A stretch of DNA of 64,000 bases. It comes from Candidatus Ozemobacteraceae bacterium (GTDB taxonomy: Bacteria; Muiribacteriota; Ozemobacteria; Ozemobacterales; Ozemobacteraceae). The position numbers were made by a program, and so were the translations under genes. The notes beneath the pieces are model-generated. The model was not told where the DNA came from, searched no databases, and worked only from the letters and a program-made list of their open reading frames with translations. Positions 44,769 through 53,982 of the stretch are shown in pieces (the first letter of the stretch is position 1; the number at the start of each line of letters is the position of its first letter). Location: contig OZ223236.1 in the NCBI GenBank assembly GCA_965140445.1, positions 4,480,001 to 4,544,000 on the forward strand, read 5' to 3'.

Positions 44769-47700
44769 ATGGCAAAATCTTGCCGAAATAATAATCTGCT
44801 TCTTTTGATTGGTGTGCTTTTATGCATTACGGCGTTTTATGGCTGTGGTGGCGGAGGTAGTAATGATGATCCTCTTCCAGGAAACACATCTTTAACAACT
44901 TCAATCACCGGTAAAATCACTTCTTCTGCTATTTTGTCTTCGTTTAGAGATGAAGAAAAAGGCAACATACGTGCCGCTATAAACGCAGCAAATGTTGAAG
45001 TATTTATCGAAAGCAATAGAACTGCTTACAACACAAGAACAGACGCAGAAGGCAAGTATGTTCTAACCGGTGTTCCATTAGGCACCCATCGAGTTGTTGC
45101 TATTATAAAAACAGCAACTGGAAAAACCTATAAAGTAAGATCCGGGGAAGTAGCCGTTTCTTCTGCTGGAACAGCTAAAGAAGCAACAACTCTGCTTCTT
45201 CAACAGGCAACATACAATGTAACTGGAATTATTAAAGACTCCAATGGCAACCCAATGCCTAACGCTCCTATAACTCTTTGGGGAGAAACATTTTACACCG
45301 ATGCAAGTGGAAAATTTGCTTCACCACTCATGCCAAACGGCGTTGCAGCAGAACTTAAGTGTATGGTTCCAGGCTATCAGCAAACAGTAATCCCTGTAAC
45401 ATTTAACTCCCCCACTCCTCAATACATCGAACAAACTATTGTTCCAACTTCTTCCACAAATCGCCCCCCAACTTCCAGCTTATCAGCAACTAACTATGAG
45501 CTTCAAACCAGACAGCAGGTTTCTTTGACTGCTACAGCTCAAGATCCAGATGGTGGCAATCTCACCTATGCCTGGAGTGCAACTTCAGGAACAATAGCAA
45601 CTTCTTCCAATCCTTTGGTAGCAGTTTGGACCGCCCCTGACGTTGAAACAGTGGCAACAATAAGCTTTACCGCAATGGACAGCGGCAATCTTACAACTAC
45701 TTCTCATGTTTCCATAAAAGTTGGAAATTCCGGCACAACAGTTCCCGGCGCAAATCACTCACCAGTAATTCTGGGAATAGTAACTGCCAGTTCAACATTT
45801 TTGAATAATATGGACTATACTCTCACAGCGAATGCAACTGATTCTGATGGCGACGCTCTAACTTATTTCTGGAGCACAGCCCAAGGTGGAGTTTCTCCAA
45901 CCGATCAGATTTCTACAACATGGAGAACTCCTAACGTAAACACCACAACTTACGTCCAGGTATCAGTGCTTGTAAGTGACAACAGAGGTGGAGCAGCGAA
46001 TAGAACTGCCACATTTACTGTTAGTCCAAACCCAAATCCCCCAGCAAACACATCTCCAGTAGTAACAATTTCCTCTCCTGCCAGCAACACCATTTTGGTT
46101 CCCGGCGAAGTCGTTTACAGAGGCAGTGCAACTGATGTAGAAGACGGAACACTTGGAGCTGACAGCATGGTTTGGTATCAGGGTATTGAAGGCATGGCAC
46201 CAACCAAGATTGGCGAAAAGAGAAGTGAAATTCGTCTTCAGGTGCTTACTCCTGCAACATATGTTGTAACCCTTCAGGTTAGCGATTTGCTTGGCGCTGA
46301 AAGCCAGTCTGCTATCAAGTTCAGAATAAACGCAACCCCCACAGCGTCCATTTCTGCACCACTTAACAATAGCGTTTTCCAGCTAGGTCAAACAATTAAT
46401 TTCACCGGCGTTGGAAATGATGTGGAAGATGTTTTGGTTAATAGCGCAAGCCTAAGTTGGAAATTTCCGACCCAAACTTTAACTGGAACAAACCCTTCTG
46501 TTAATAACCTTACAGCTGGATCTCAAACAATTGAGCTGACTGCAACTGACAGACACGGCGGAGTATCAGCAAAGAATTCAATTCAAGTATACATAAACAC
46601 ACCTCCTGTTGCTTCTATTACAAGTCCTGCAAGCGGCTCTGTATTTCTGACTTCACAGGAAATAAATCTGAATGTAAATGTTACTGATGTTGACGGAACA
46701 ATAGCATCAAATAGTATTCAGTGGTTAGATGGGTCTACTTTAATTGCAAGGGGCTATGCATGCAAAGTTAGCACTTTAACTGCCGGAGTTCACCGAATAA
46801 ACTTGAATGTAGCAGATAGCATGGGCGGCCAAACTTCTGGCAGTCTTGATGTTATTATTAATCAACGCCCAACTATGGTGATAAACCAGCCAGTCAACAA
46901 TGCGGTAGTTTTTGCGAATCAAGCTCTTAGCTTTATGGGTTCTGGAAACAGTATCTTTGGCTCTGTTTCATCCTCAACTATGGTTTGGGAAGATTACAAC
47001 ATGGTTTCAACTTCAACAATCAGCACTGCCAAAGCTCAATTTTCAAAAACCTATTTAAATACTGAGCTTGGAAAACATATTATCACCCTTACTGGAAGAG
47101 ACCAATATGGTGCAGCAAGTTACACACAGCACAGCATTTTTGTAAACGCCACACCGACAGTCGCGATAACAGATCCAGCGTCAGGGACCAGATTTAATCT
47201 TGGAGCTCCTATAACCTTTAAATCAAGTAAATCTGACCCAGATCCAACAGATGCACTTACCATAAGATGGCTTGACGGAACGACTCCAATTGGCACGACA
47301 GATAATCTAACGACTAGCGCTCTAACAACAGGAAATCACAACATTTTTTGTGAAGTAACTGATTCTCACGGCACGACTTCAGTTGCTTCTATATCAGTTC
47401 TGGTAAACACACTTCCAGTAGGAACATTCACATGGAACTATGCGAACCAGTATGCAACAGCTCCAAGTCAGGCTCCAGTCTTTATATCAGCTAACCCATC
47501 AATGGAACTTACCTTTGGATTCGCAAGCTATGATCAAGACACAAACGGAACCGTAGAAGCAATCTCGGTTAATAATGTTAAGTGGTATAACACGGTTAAT
47601 AATAATCTGACACAAATTGGAACTGGCGCTGCATTGACAACTACACTTCCAATTGGTTTATCAACAATTACTGTTGAGCTGTTTGACACCTACTATCCAA

Positions 47701-48614
47701 CTTACGGCAGCCAGGCAAAGAATTCTTATTCTATGCAAGTTCATGTTTGGCAGAGCGTTTCTTACAACTCAGGCGCGGGTGAAATGGCGGCAAATCCAAA
47801 ATGGATTTCCGGAAAAGGCAGCGGAAAAGACGCTGATCTTGGACTGGTGTTTGATAACGGCCCAACCAACTTGGCCTTTAAAGCGATTACTTTCCATGGC
47901 AACTTTGGAACTGAGTGGCTTGAAACCAAGCAAGACCTTGACATTGACGCAAGTTACCTGGGATTCAGCAGCCTTGTTTCTTCGGTGAGACACTCGGGAA
48001 AAATGGTATTGCTTGGTATTGCCACCGGCGCACAAACTATTTATTACTCAGATATGACCGCAACAACAGCGCGAGAAATCTTTACAAGTGGATCTTTCAA
48101 TACACCTCGAGCAATATCCTCAGATGACAATGCATTCTTTATTGCAAATACAGGTGCCAACAACATATTGCTTTATAACCCAAATGGCGGCGGGAGCATC
48201 TCGAAAACCGTAACAATGGCAAATAACACTAATTTCAGCGCCCCGATTTCCATAAGATACTCCAATAAGAACTATGGAAAGGTATTTGTTGCTGACCGAG
48301 GAAATAATCGTGTTGTAATATATGGTTCAGAGCTACTTGGTTCAGAAAAAACTCCTGTAAATGCAAGTGCTCCAACTGACATTGCTTTTACAACCAGCTA
48401 TATGTTCAGTATAGATACAACAAACCATAAGGTTTCATTGCATAATCCGGCAAATGGCGATCTTTCTATGAACTTTGGAAAGCTTGGAGCTGGAATCGGC
48501 CAATTTAATACCCCAATTAGCATATTCTCCAATGGATATGACCTTTTCGTTATTGAAGCTGGCAACAACAGAATGCAGGTAATCAGAAGTGGCATGGCTG
48601 ATTGGCTGAAATAA
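44769..48614 (+). CDS. Large surface lipoprotein: carboxypeptidase-regulatory-like domains, PKD/Ig-like repeats, NHL beta-propeller
   Basis: Lipobox FYG|C; repeated NxxP...ATDxDG..LTYxW units; VADRGNNRV and GQFNTP NHL motifs. Confidence 0.8.
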   Translation: MAKSCRNNNLLLLIGVLLCITAFYGCGGGGSNDDPLPGNTSLTTSITGKITSSAILSSFRDEEKGNIRAAINAANVEVFIESNRTAYNTRTDAEGKYVLTGVPLGTHRVVAIIKTATGKTYKVRSGEVAVSSAGTAKEATTLLLQQATYNVTGIIKDSNGNPMPNAPITLWGETFYTDASGKFASPLMPNGVAAELKCMVPGYQQTVIPVTFNSPTPQYIEQTIVPTSSTNRPPTSSLSATNYELQTRQQVSLTATAQDPDGGNLTYAWSATSGTIATSSNPLVAVWTAPDVETVATISFTAMDSGNLTTTSHVSIKVGNSGTTVPGANHSPVILGIVTASSTFLNNMDYTLTANATDSDGDALTYFWSTAQGGVSPTDQISTTWRTPNVNTTTYVQVSVLVSDNRGGAANRTATFTVSPNPNPPANTSPVVTISSPASNTILVPGEVVYRGSATDVEDGTLGADSMVWYQGIEGMAPTKIGEKRSEIRLQVLTPATYVVTLQVSDLLGAESQSAIKFRINATPTASISAPLNNSVFQLGQTINFTGVGNDVEDVLVNSASLSWKFPTQTLTGTNPSVNNLTAGSQTIELTATDRHGGVSAKNSIQVYINTPPVASITSPASGSVFLTSQEINLNVNVTDVDGTIASNSIQWLDGSTLIARGYACKVSTLTAGVHRINLNVADSMGGQTSGSLDVIINQRPTMVINQPVNNAVVFANQALSFMGSGNSIFGSVSSSTMVWEDYNMVSTSTISTAKAQFSKTYLNTELGKHIITLTGRDQYGAASYTQHSIFVNATPTVAITDPASGTRFNLGAPITFKSSKSDPDPTDALTIRWLDGTTPIGTTDNLTTSALTTGNHNIFCEVTDSHGTTSVASISVLVNTLPVGTFTWNYANQYATAPSQAPVFISANPSMELTFGFASYDQDTNGTVEAISVNNVKWYNTVNNNLTQIGTGAALTTTLPIGLSTITVELFDTYYPTYGSQAKNSYSMQVHVWQSVSYNSGAGEMAANPKWISGKGSGKDADLGLVFDNGPTNLAFKAITFHGNFGTEWLETKQDLDIDASYLGFSSLVSSVRHSGKMVLLGIATGAQTIYYSDMTATTAREIFTSGSFNTPRAISSDDNAFFIANTGANNILLYNPNGGGSISKTVTMANNTNFSAPISIRYSNKNYGKVFVADRGNNRVVIYGSELLGSEKTPVNASAPTDIAFTTSYMFSIDTTNHKVSLHNPANGDLSMNFGKLGAGIGQFNTPISIFSNGYDLFVIEAGNNRMQVIRSGMADWLK

Positions 48615-48622
48615 TCTACTGA

Positions 48623-48661
48623 AAAAAAGCCCCGTGAGCATTTCGCTCACGGGGCTTTTTT
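48623..48661. terminator. Bidirectional intrinsic terminator
   Basis: AAAAAAGCCCCGTGAGC-N5-GCTCACGGGGCTTTTTT. Confidence 0.9.
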
Positions 48662-48683
48662 ATTGTATCTACAATTTAGTTAT

Positions 48684-50015
48684 TTACAGCTGATCGTAAA
48701 ACTCTCTGAATTTTTTCCTGGCAGTTCTTACAATTAGCTCTCTGCGTTCAGTGCTCTTCATTTTTCCTTCAATTTCAAATAAACCAAAATTAGCATTCAT
48801 TGGATGAAAATGCTTGTGCCCTTTAAAAGTAATGTATTTTAATAGAGCCCCAATAATAGTTTTTGAGGGTGGAAACACCGGTTCTTTATCAAGTGTTATT
48901 CTGGCAGCATTAAAACCAGCTAATAGACCAGTTGCTGCTGACTCTGTATAACCCTCAACACCGGTTAATTGTCCGGCAATAAATATTCTTTCATCAACTT
49001 GAGTTTGAAGCGTCCTTGTTAAAAGAGTTGGAGAATTCAGATATGAATTGCGATGCATTTGTCCGAATCGCACAAATTCAACATTTTCAAGACCTGGAAT
49101 TAATCTGAATACCCGCTCCTGCTCTGGAAATTTCAAATTAGTCTGAAATCCAACCAAATTATAAAGACTAGCCAACAGGTTGTCCTGACGAAGCTGAACT
49201 ACGGCATAAGGTCGCTTATCGGTTCTTGGATCTGTAAAACCAACCGGTTTCATTGGGCCAAACCTAAGTGAATCAATTCCTGTATCGCCAATAACTTCAA
49301 CTGGCTGGCAAGCATTGAAAAATTGCTTTTTGGAAGCTTTTTCCAAATCAGAAAGTGGAATTCTTTCTGCTTCAAGCAGCGCTTTTACAAACCTGAGATA
49401 CTCTTCCTTGTTCATCGGGCAATTGATGTAATCACCTTTAGCACCTTCTCCATATCTATCTGCTTTAAAAGCAATTCCCATATCAATTGTTTCCAATTTA
49501 ACTATAGGTGCGATTGCATCGAAGAAGTTCTTATGAGTATCACCAAATTTATCGCAGAGAGCTTTCATAAGTTTTGGAGAAGTTAAAGGACCCGAAGCGA
49601 TTATTACCATTCCTTCGTCTGGAATTGTATCAACTTCTTCATTGACATAATCAACTAACGCATGTCCTTTAATATATCTTGTGATTTCCCTGGCAAAGGC
49701 GCCTCGGTCAACTGCAAGAGCATTTCCAGCTGGAACTCTATACTTGTAAGCAACATCCATTATGTAGCTTCCAAGTAATCGCATTTCCTCTTTTAATAAA
49801 CCCGAAGCTCTATCTGGTAGATTGCTGCCAATAGAGTTGCTACAAACCAACTCCGCGATATAATCCGTAGTATGTGCGCCAGTTTCTACAACAGGTCTCA
49901 TTTCACAAAGCTTGACCGGAATTCCTCTACGAATCAACTGAAAAGTTGCTTCAGCTCCTGCAAGCCCAGCTCCGATTATTGTAACCTGTGGAAATTTAGT
50001 TTTTTTGCTCGTCAT
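48684..50015 (-). CDS. trmFO: Methylenetetrahydrofolate-tRNA (m5U54) methyltransferase
   Basis: GAGLAGAEA, AELVCSNS, LVGFQTNLK, GQLTGVEGY. Confidence 0.95.
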   Translation of the reverse strand: MTSKKTKFPQVTIIGAGLAGAEATFQLIRRGIPVKLCEMRPVVETGAHTTDYIAELVCSNSIGSNLPDRASGLLKEEMRLLGSYIMDVAYKYRVPAGNALAVDRGAFAREITRYIKGHALVDYVNEEVDTIPDEGMVIIASGPLTSPKLMKALCDKFGDTHKNFFDAIAPIVKLETIDMGIAFKADRYGEGAKGDYINCPMNKEEYLRFVKALLEAERIPLSDLEKASKKQFFNACQPVEVIGDTGIDSLRFGPMKPVGFTDPRTDKRPYAVVQLRQDNLLASLYNLVGFQTNLKFPEQERVFRLIPGLENVEFVRFGQMHRNSYLNSPTLLTRTLQTQVDERIFIAGQLTGVEGYTESAATGLLAGFNAARITLDKEPVFPPSKTIIGALLKYITFKGHKHFHPMNANFGLFEIEGKMKSTERRELIVRTARKKFREFYDQL

Positions 50016-52320
50016 TGTCTTCGCCTTCCGGGAACTTTTTATATTTGCATCCTTTGGCAGAACACTTTACATGTGGCCCAAGTTTTTTAGTAGAATGTTG
50101 AACCAAAGGCGCTTTACAATCAGGGCAAAGCTCACCAGTCGGCCTGGCCCAGGTAGTAAATTCGCATTCTGGATATTTTGAACATCCATAGAATAATCGG
50201 CCACGTTTTGATTTCTTTTCAAGAATTTTTCCATCGCATTTTTCTTCTGGACAAGAAATACCTATTTCAACAACTACCTGCCTGGTATTTTTACATTCTG
50301 GATATTTTGAACAAGCTATAAACCTTCCAAATCTTCCATTCCTATAAATCATCTCTGCGCCACACTTATCGCAGATTTCTCCCGCGGGTTCAAGATCAGG
50401 AGGAGTCTCTTTTTGAATCTCCTGAATCAATTCTTTCATTTTTATTGGCCCAGCTGGAATTCCACTGGAAAACAACATAATATCATCCGGGATATTAATT
50501 GTTGATTTACATTCAGGGTAGCCAGTGCAAGCCAGAAATTTTCCGGTTTTTGCCAATCTGGCAACCATAACTTTGCCACATTTTTCGCAATTGCAATCTG
50601 TTTCAATCTGAACCTTTTCAATGCTTTCTTCTGCCTTTTTAAGATCCTGAATAAAGGGACCATAAAATTCAGCAAGAACATCAGTCCAGTCTGTAGATCC
50701 TTCTTCTACAGCATCAAGATGGTTTTCCATTGATGCAGTAAATCCTGGATTAATAATATCTTCGAAGCATCGCTCAAGAATATCAGTTACAACAAAGGCA
50801 GCATCTGATGGATGAAATTTTCCTTCAACTTTCTTCACGTATTTTCTTTGCTGTATAGTCTCAACAATTGTTGCGTAGGTACTTGGTCGACCAATCCCCT
50901 CTTTTTCAAGGGTTTTAATGATTGAGGATTCGTTATACCTTGGTGGTGGGCTGGTAAAATTTTGCTTTGAATTTACTTCTTCTAACTCCAGTGGATCACC
51001 ATTTTTTAACTCTGGCAATTTCTGCTTATCATCACCAATCTCTTCAAGATCTTCAGCTCTTGTATACAATGAAGAATAGCCATCAAAGGTGAGAGTCGTT
51101 CCAGAGGCCTGGAAAATGTGATTTTCAACTTCAACATCAAGATTTACAACTTTAAATTTTGCTTCAGCCATTTGTGAAGCAACATATCTTTTCCAGATAA
51201 GTGTATAGAGCTTGAGCTGTTCAGGTTTAATATAAGGTGCCATTTTTTCTGGAGTTCTCCAGACAGAGGTTGGACGAATCGCCTCATGCGCATCCTGGGC
51301 ACCTTTCTTGGCTTTAAAGACTCTGTTTTTCTTCAAAAGATATTCAGAACTGAACCCTTTTTCCAGGAAATCATTTAATTCATTTAAACCTTCTGGAGAA
51401 ATTCGACTAGAATCCGTTCTCATATAGGTTATCAAACCGACCTGGCCTTCTTTGCCAAGCTCAACGCCTTCATAGAGTCGCTGAGCAATAGTCATGGTTC
51501 TTCTCGGAGTAAATGAAAACTTTTGAGCTGCTTCAGCCTGGAGTGTACTGGTAATAAACGGTGGAGGCGGAGCTTGTTTTCTTTCTCTGCTGGCTACTGA
51601 ATTTACTTTCAATTTAGCAGATTTAATCGCATTAGTAATTTTTTCAGCACTTGGTTCGTTTGGAACAACAGACTTTTTACCGTCTGTTTTAACAAGCTTT
51701 ACAATAAATGGTCGGCCTTTTTGCCCTTTAACACTAGCTGTAATAGTCCAGTATTCTTCTGGAATAAATGCAAGAATCTCTTTTTCCCTTTTACAGATGA
51801 ACAAAACAGCTACTGACTGCACTCTTCCTGCAGACAATCCAAGACAAATTTTGTTCCAGAGCAAAGGCGATAACCTGTATCCCACTAATCGATCCAGTAT
51901 TCTTCTGGATTGTTGAGCATTTACAAGATTAAAATTTATTGCTCTTGGGTTTTTTAGGGATTTTAAAACGTCTTCTTTGGTAATTGAATTGAATGTTATT
52001 CTGCATTCAGAAAGTGGATCTATGTTTAAAACATTGGCCAAATGCCAGCTGATTGCTTCACCTTCACGATCCGGATCGGGTGCTAGAAAAATATTATCAG
52101 CTGTCTTAGCTACTCTTTGCAGTTTTACAATTACATCTTCCCTGTCTCTAACAACTCTGAAGTCAGGTACAAAGCCGTTTTCAGGACTAACTCCAAATCT
52201 TGATGGCGGTAAATCAATAACATGACCTTTACTCGCCTCAATTACAAAGTCTTTTCCCAGAAATTTTGATAAGGTTTTAATTTTTCCGGGTGATTCTACA
52301 ATTATCAGATTTCTGGCCAT
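49996..52320 (-). CDS. topA: DNA topoisomerase I
   Basis: IVESPGK, DPDREGE, SAGRVQS, ITYMRTDS, C-terminal C4 zinc ribbons. Confidence 0.97.
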   Translation of the reverse strand: MARNLIIVESPGKIKTLSKFLGKDFVIEASKGHVIDLPPSRFGVSPENGFVPDFRVVRDREDVIVKLQRVAKTADNIFLAPDPDREGEAISWHLANVLNIDPLSECRITFNSITKEDVLKSLKNPRAINFNLVNAQQSRRILDRLVGYRLSPLLWNKICLGLSAGRVQSVAVLFICKREKEILAFIPEEYWTITASVKGQKGRPFIVKLVKTDGKKSVVPNEPSAEKITNAIKSAKLKVNSVASRERKQAPPPPFITSTLQAEAAQKFSFTPRRTMTIAQRLYEGVELGKEGQVGLITYMRTDSSRISPEGLNELNDFLEKGFSSEYLLKKNRVFKAKKGAQDAHEAIRPTSVWRTPEKMAPYIKPEQLKLYTLIWKRYVASQMAEAKFKVVNLDVEVENHIFQASGTTLTFDGYSSLYTRAEDLEEIGDDKQKLPELKNGDPLELEEVNSKQNFTSPPPRYNESSIIKTLEKEGIGRPSTYATIVETIQQRKYVKKVEGKFHPSDAAFVVTDILERCFEDIINPGFTASMENHLDAVEEGSTDWTDVLAEFYGPFIQDLKKAEESIEKVQIETDCNCEKCGKVMVARLAKTGKFLACTGYPECKSTINIPDDIMLFSSGIPAGPIKMKELIQEIQKETPPDLEPAGEICDKCGAEMIYRNGRFGRFIACSKYPECKNTRQVVVEIGISCPEEKCDGKILEKKSKRGRLFYGCSKYPECEFTTWARPTGELCPDCKAPLVQHSTKKLGPHVKCSAKGCKYKKFPEGEDNDEQKN

Positions 52321-52351
52321 TATTTCTCCCTAGCTATGTCCGATGCTTTAA

Positions 52352-52843
52352 TTAATGGAGCTCCATTGAGTGCGGCAGTAATGATAAACTTTCTTCATTT
52401 ACCTCTGCTTCAGGTTTATTTAATAGTATTAGTAATTCTATTCTGGAGGCACTTACATTTCTAAGATCCTTTTTCCAGATATATTCAACTACCTTTTCAA
52501 AATGAAGCTGACTTATAAGGTTCTGTTCCACCATTTCAAGCAAGAGTTGTTGAGCCCCGGCTGTCAATCTTAAAGCTTCAGACTCATGCAAATGTCTGAC
52601 TCCTGTAGCTTTTCCCTTATTCTTGTCTCTATGTCCAACTTCAATAATAGGGTTAACCTGTGATGTTATCATGGCTACCATTTTAAAAGCGGTATCAATA
52701 TCCTCAAGACGAAAGCCTTTTTTCAAAAGCTTCTTAACTAAAGGATCACTGTTGCCTGATTTCAACCCTTTTTTTTCTATCCGCTCCAAAACAAAGTTCA
52801 TTATCTTCATAATGTTTGAAAGCGGGCTTTTTATCTTATTCAT
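52352..52843 (-). CDS. smg: Smg/DUF494-family protein
   Basis: LLKKGFRLEDIDTAF...VRHLHESE pattern; canonical position between dprA and topA. Confidence 0.7.
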   Translation of the reverse strand: MNKIKSPLSNIMKIMNFVLERIEKKGLKSGNSDPLVKKLLKKGFRLEDIDTAFKMVAMITSQVNPIIEVGHRDKNKGKATGVRHLHESEALRLTAGAQQLLLEMVEQNLISQLHFEKVVEYIWKKDLRNVSASRIELLILLNKPEAEVNEESLSLLPHSMELH

Positions 52844-53982
52844 AGTTCCCTTTCTGCGCCAAGTTTTAACTTCGCTTGATACCTGTTCCCTGGTAACTTT
52901 ATCAAATAATCTCTCATTTCAAGAGTCAAAAGTAAAGAAAACAATCTTTCTTTTTCACAAATTTCCTTTTCAATTAAGCTATCTAGGCTTAAAGACTCAT
53001 TTTCAAGAACTCCAATTATTTTTTTTTCTTCTTTGGTTAAATCATTAATAAAAGTATTTGTTAAATTTCCATCTTTATCTTTTTCGGGTAAAATGTCAGA
53101 AAAATATTCGATAATTTCTTCTGGTTCAGTAACCAGATTCGCGCCATCCTGGATCAACGCAAGTGTACCCTCGGAAACCTTAGACCTTATACTTCCAGGA
53201 ACAGCGAAAACCTCTCGATTTTGCTCTCCGGCAAATCTAGCTGTATAAAGAGAACCACTTCTCGCACTCGCTTCAATAACAAGAGTTCCAACACACATTC
53301 CTGAAATTAGACGGTTTCTAACCGGAAAGTGCCATGGCCTTGCAATAGTCCCCGGAGGATATTCTGATAATAGCGCCCCATGATTATCTAAAATTGATTT
53401 TCTAATTTTCTGATTAGCTTTTGGATAGATTACATCTGGTCCGTTTGCAAGAATTGCCATAGTTCTTCCACCAGCCTCTACAGCCCCTCGATGCGCATAC
53501 GTGTCTACGCCAAGTGCCAGGCCACTGACAATTACAAAACCTGCGTTAGCAAGCTTCTTTGCAAAATCCAATGCAATATCGAAACCAAGATGAGTTCCTT
53601 TACGTGCCCCAACTATTGCTATTGCCGGAGCACCATTCAGATTAGAATCTCCGATTGTGAATAAAACCACAGGAGAATCTGGAATTTCTCTTAGTAAGGG
53701 CGGATATCTTTCGTCATTATAAGTAACCATTGATATTCCGCGATGACTTAATGCATCTAAGCTACAAACAGGGGCTGCTTCCGCACCTTCTCTGCAAAAC
53801 CTTTCAAGCCTCTGGTTATCCCACCCCTGAACTCTTGCCAATTCGAATTTTGAAGCTGAGAAAACCCTTTCCGGGGTTTTAAATTCTTTAATCAAACCAG
53901 CTTTGACGGTAGCACCCAGCCAGTTCAAGCCGGCCAGCTTTAACCACAATAAACTAGATTGATTATTCAGGCTTTCAGCCAT
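52840..53982 (-). CDS. dprA: DNA-processing protein DprA
   Basis: AIVGAR, IVSGLALGVD, FPVRNRLISG, SGSLYTA; ATG 53982 overlaps upstream stop. Confidence 0.95.
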   Translation of the reverse strand: MAESLNNQSSLLWLKLAGLNWLGATVKAGLIKEFKTPERVFSASKFELARVQGWDNQRLERFCREGAEAAPVCSLDALSHRGISMVTYNDERYPPLLREIPDSPVVLFTIGDSNLNGAPAIAIVGARKGTHLGFDIALDFAKKLANAGFVIVSGLALGVDTYAHRGAVEAGGRTMAILANGPDVIYPKANQKIRKSILDNHGALLSEYPPGTIARPWHFPVRNRLISGMCVGTLVIEASARSGSLYTARFAGEQNREVFAVPGSIRSKVSEGTLALIQDGANLVTEPEEIIEYFSDILPEKDKDGNLTNTFINDLTKEEKKIIGVLENESLSLDSLIEKEICEKERLFSLLLTLEMRDYLIKLPGNRYQAKLKLGAEREL

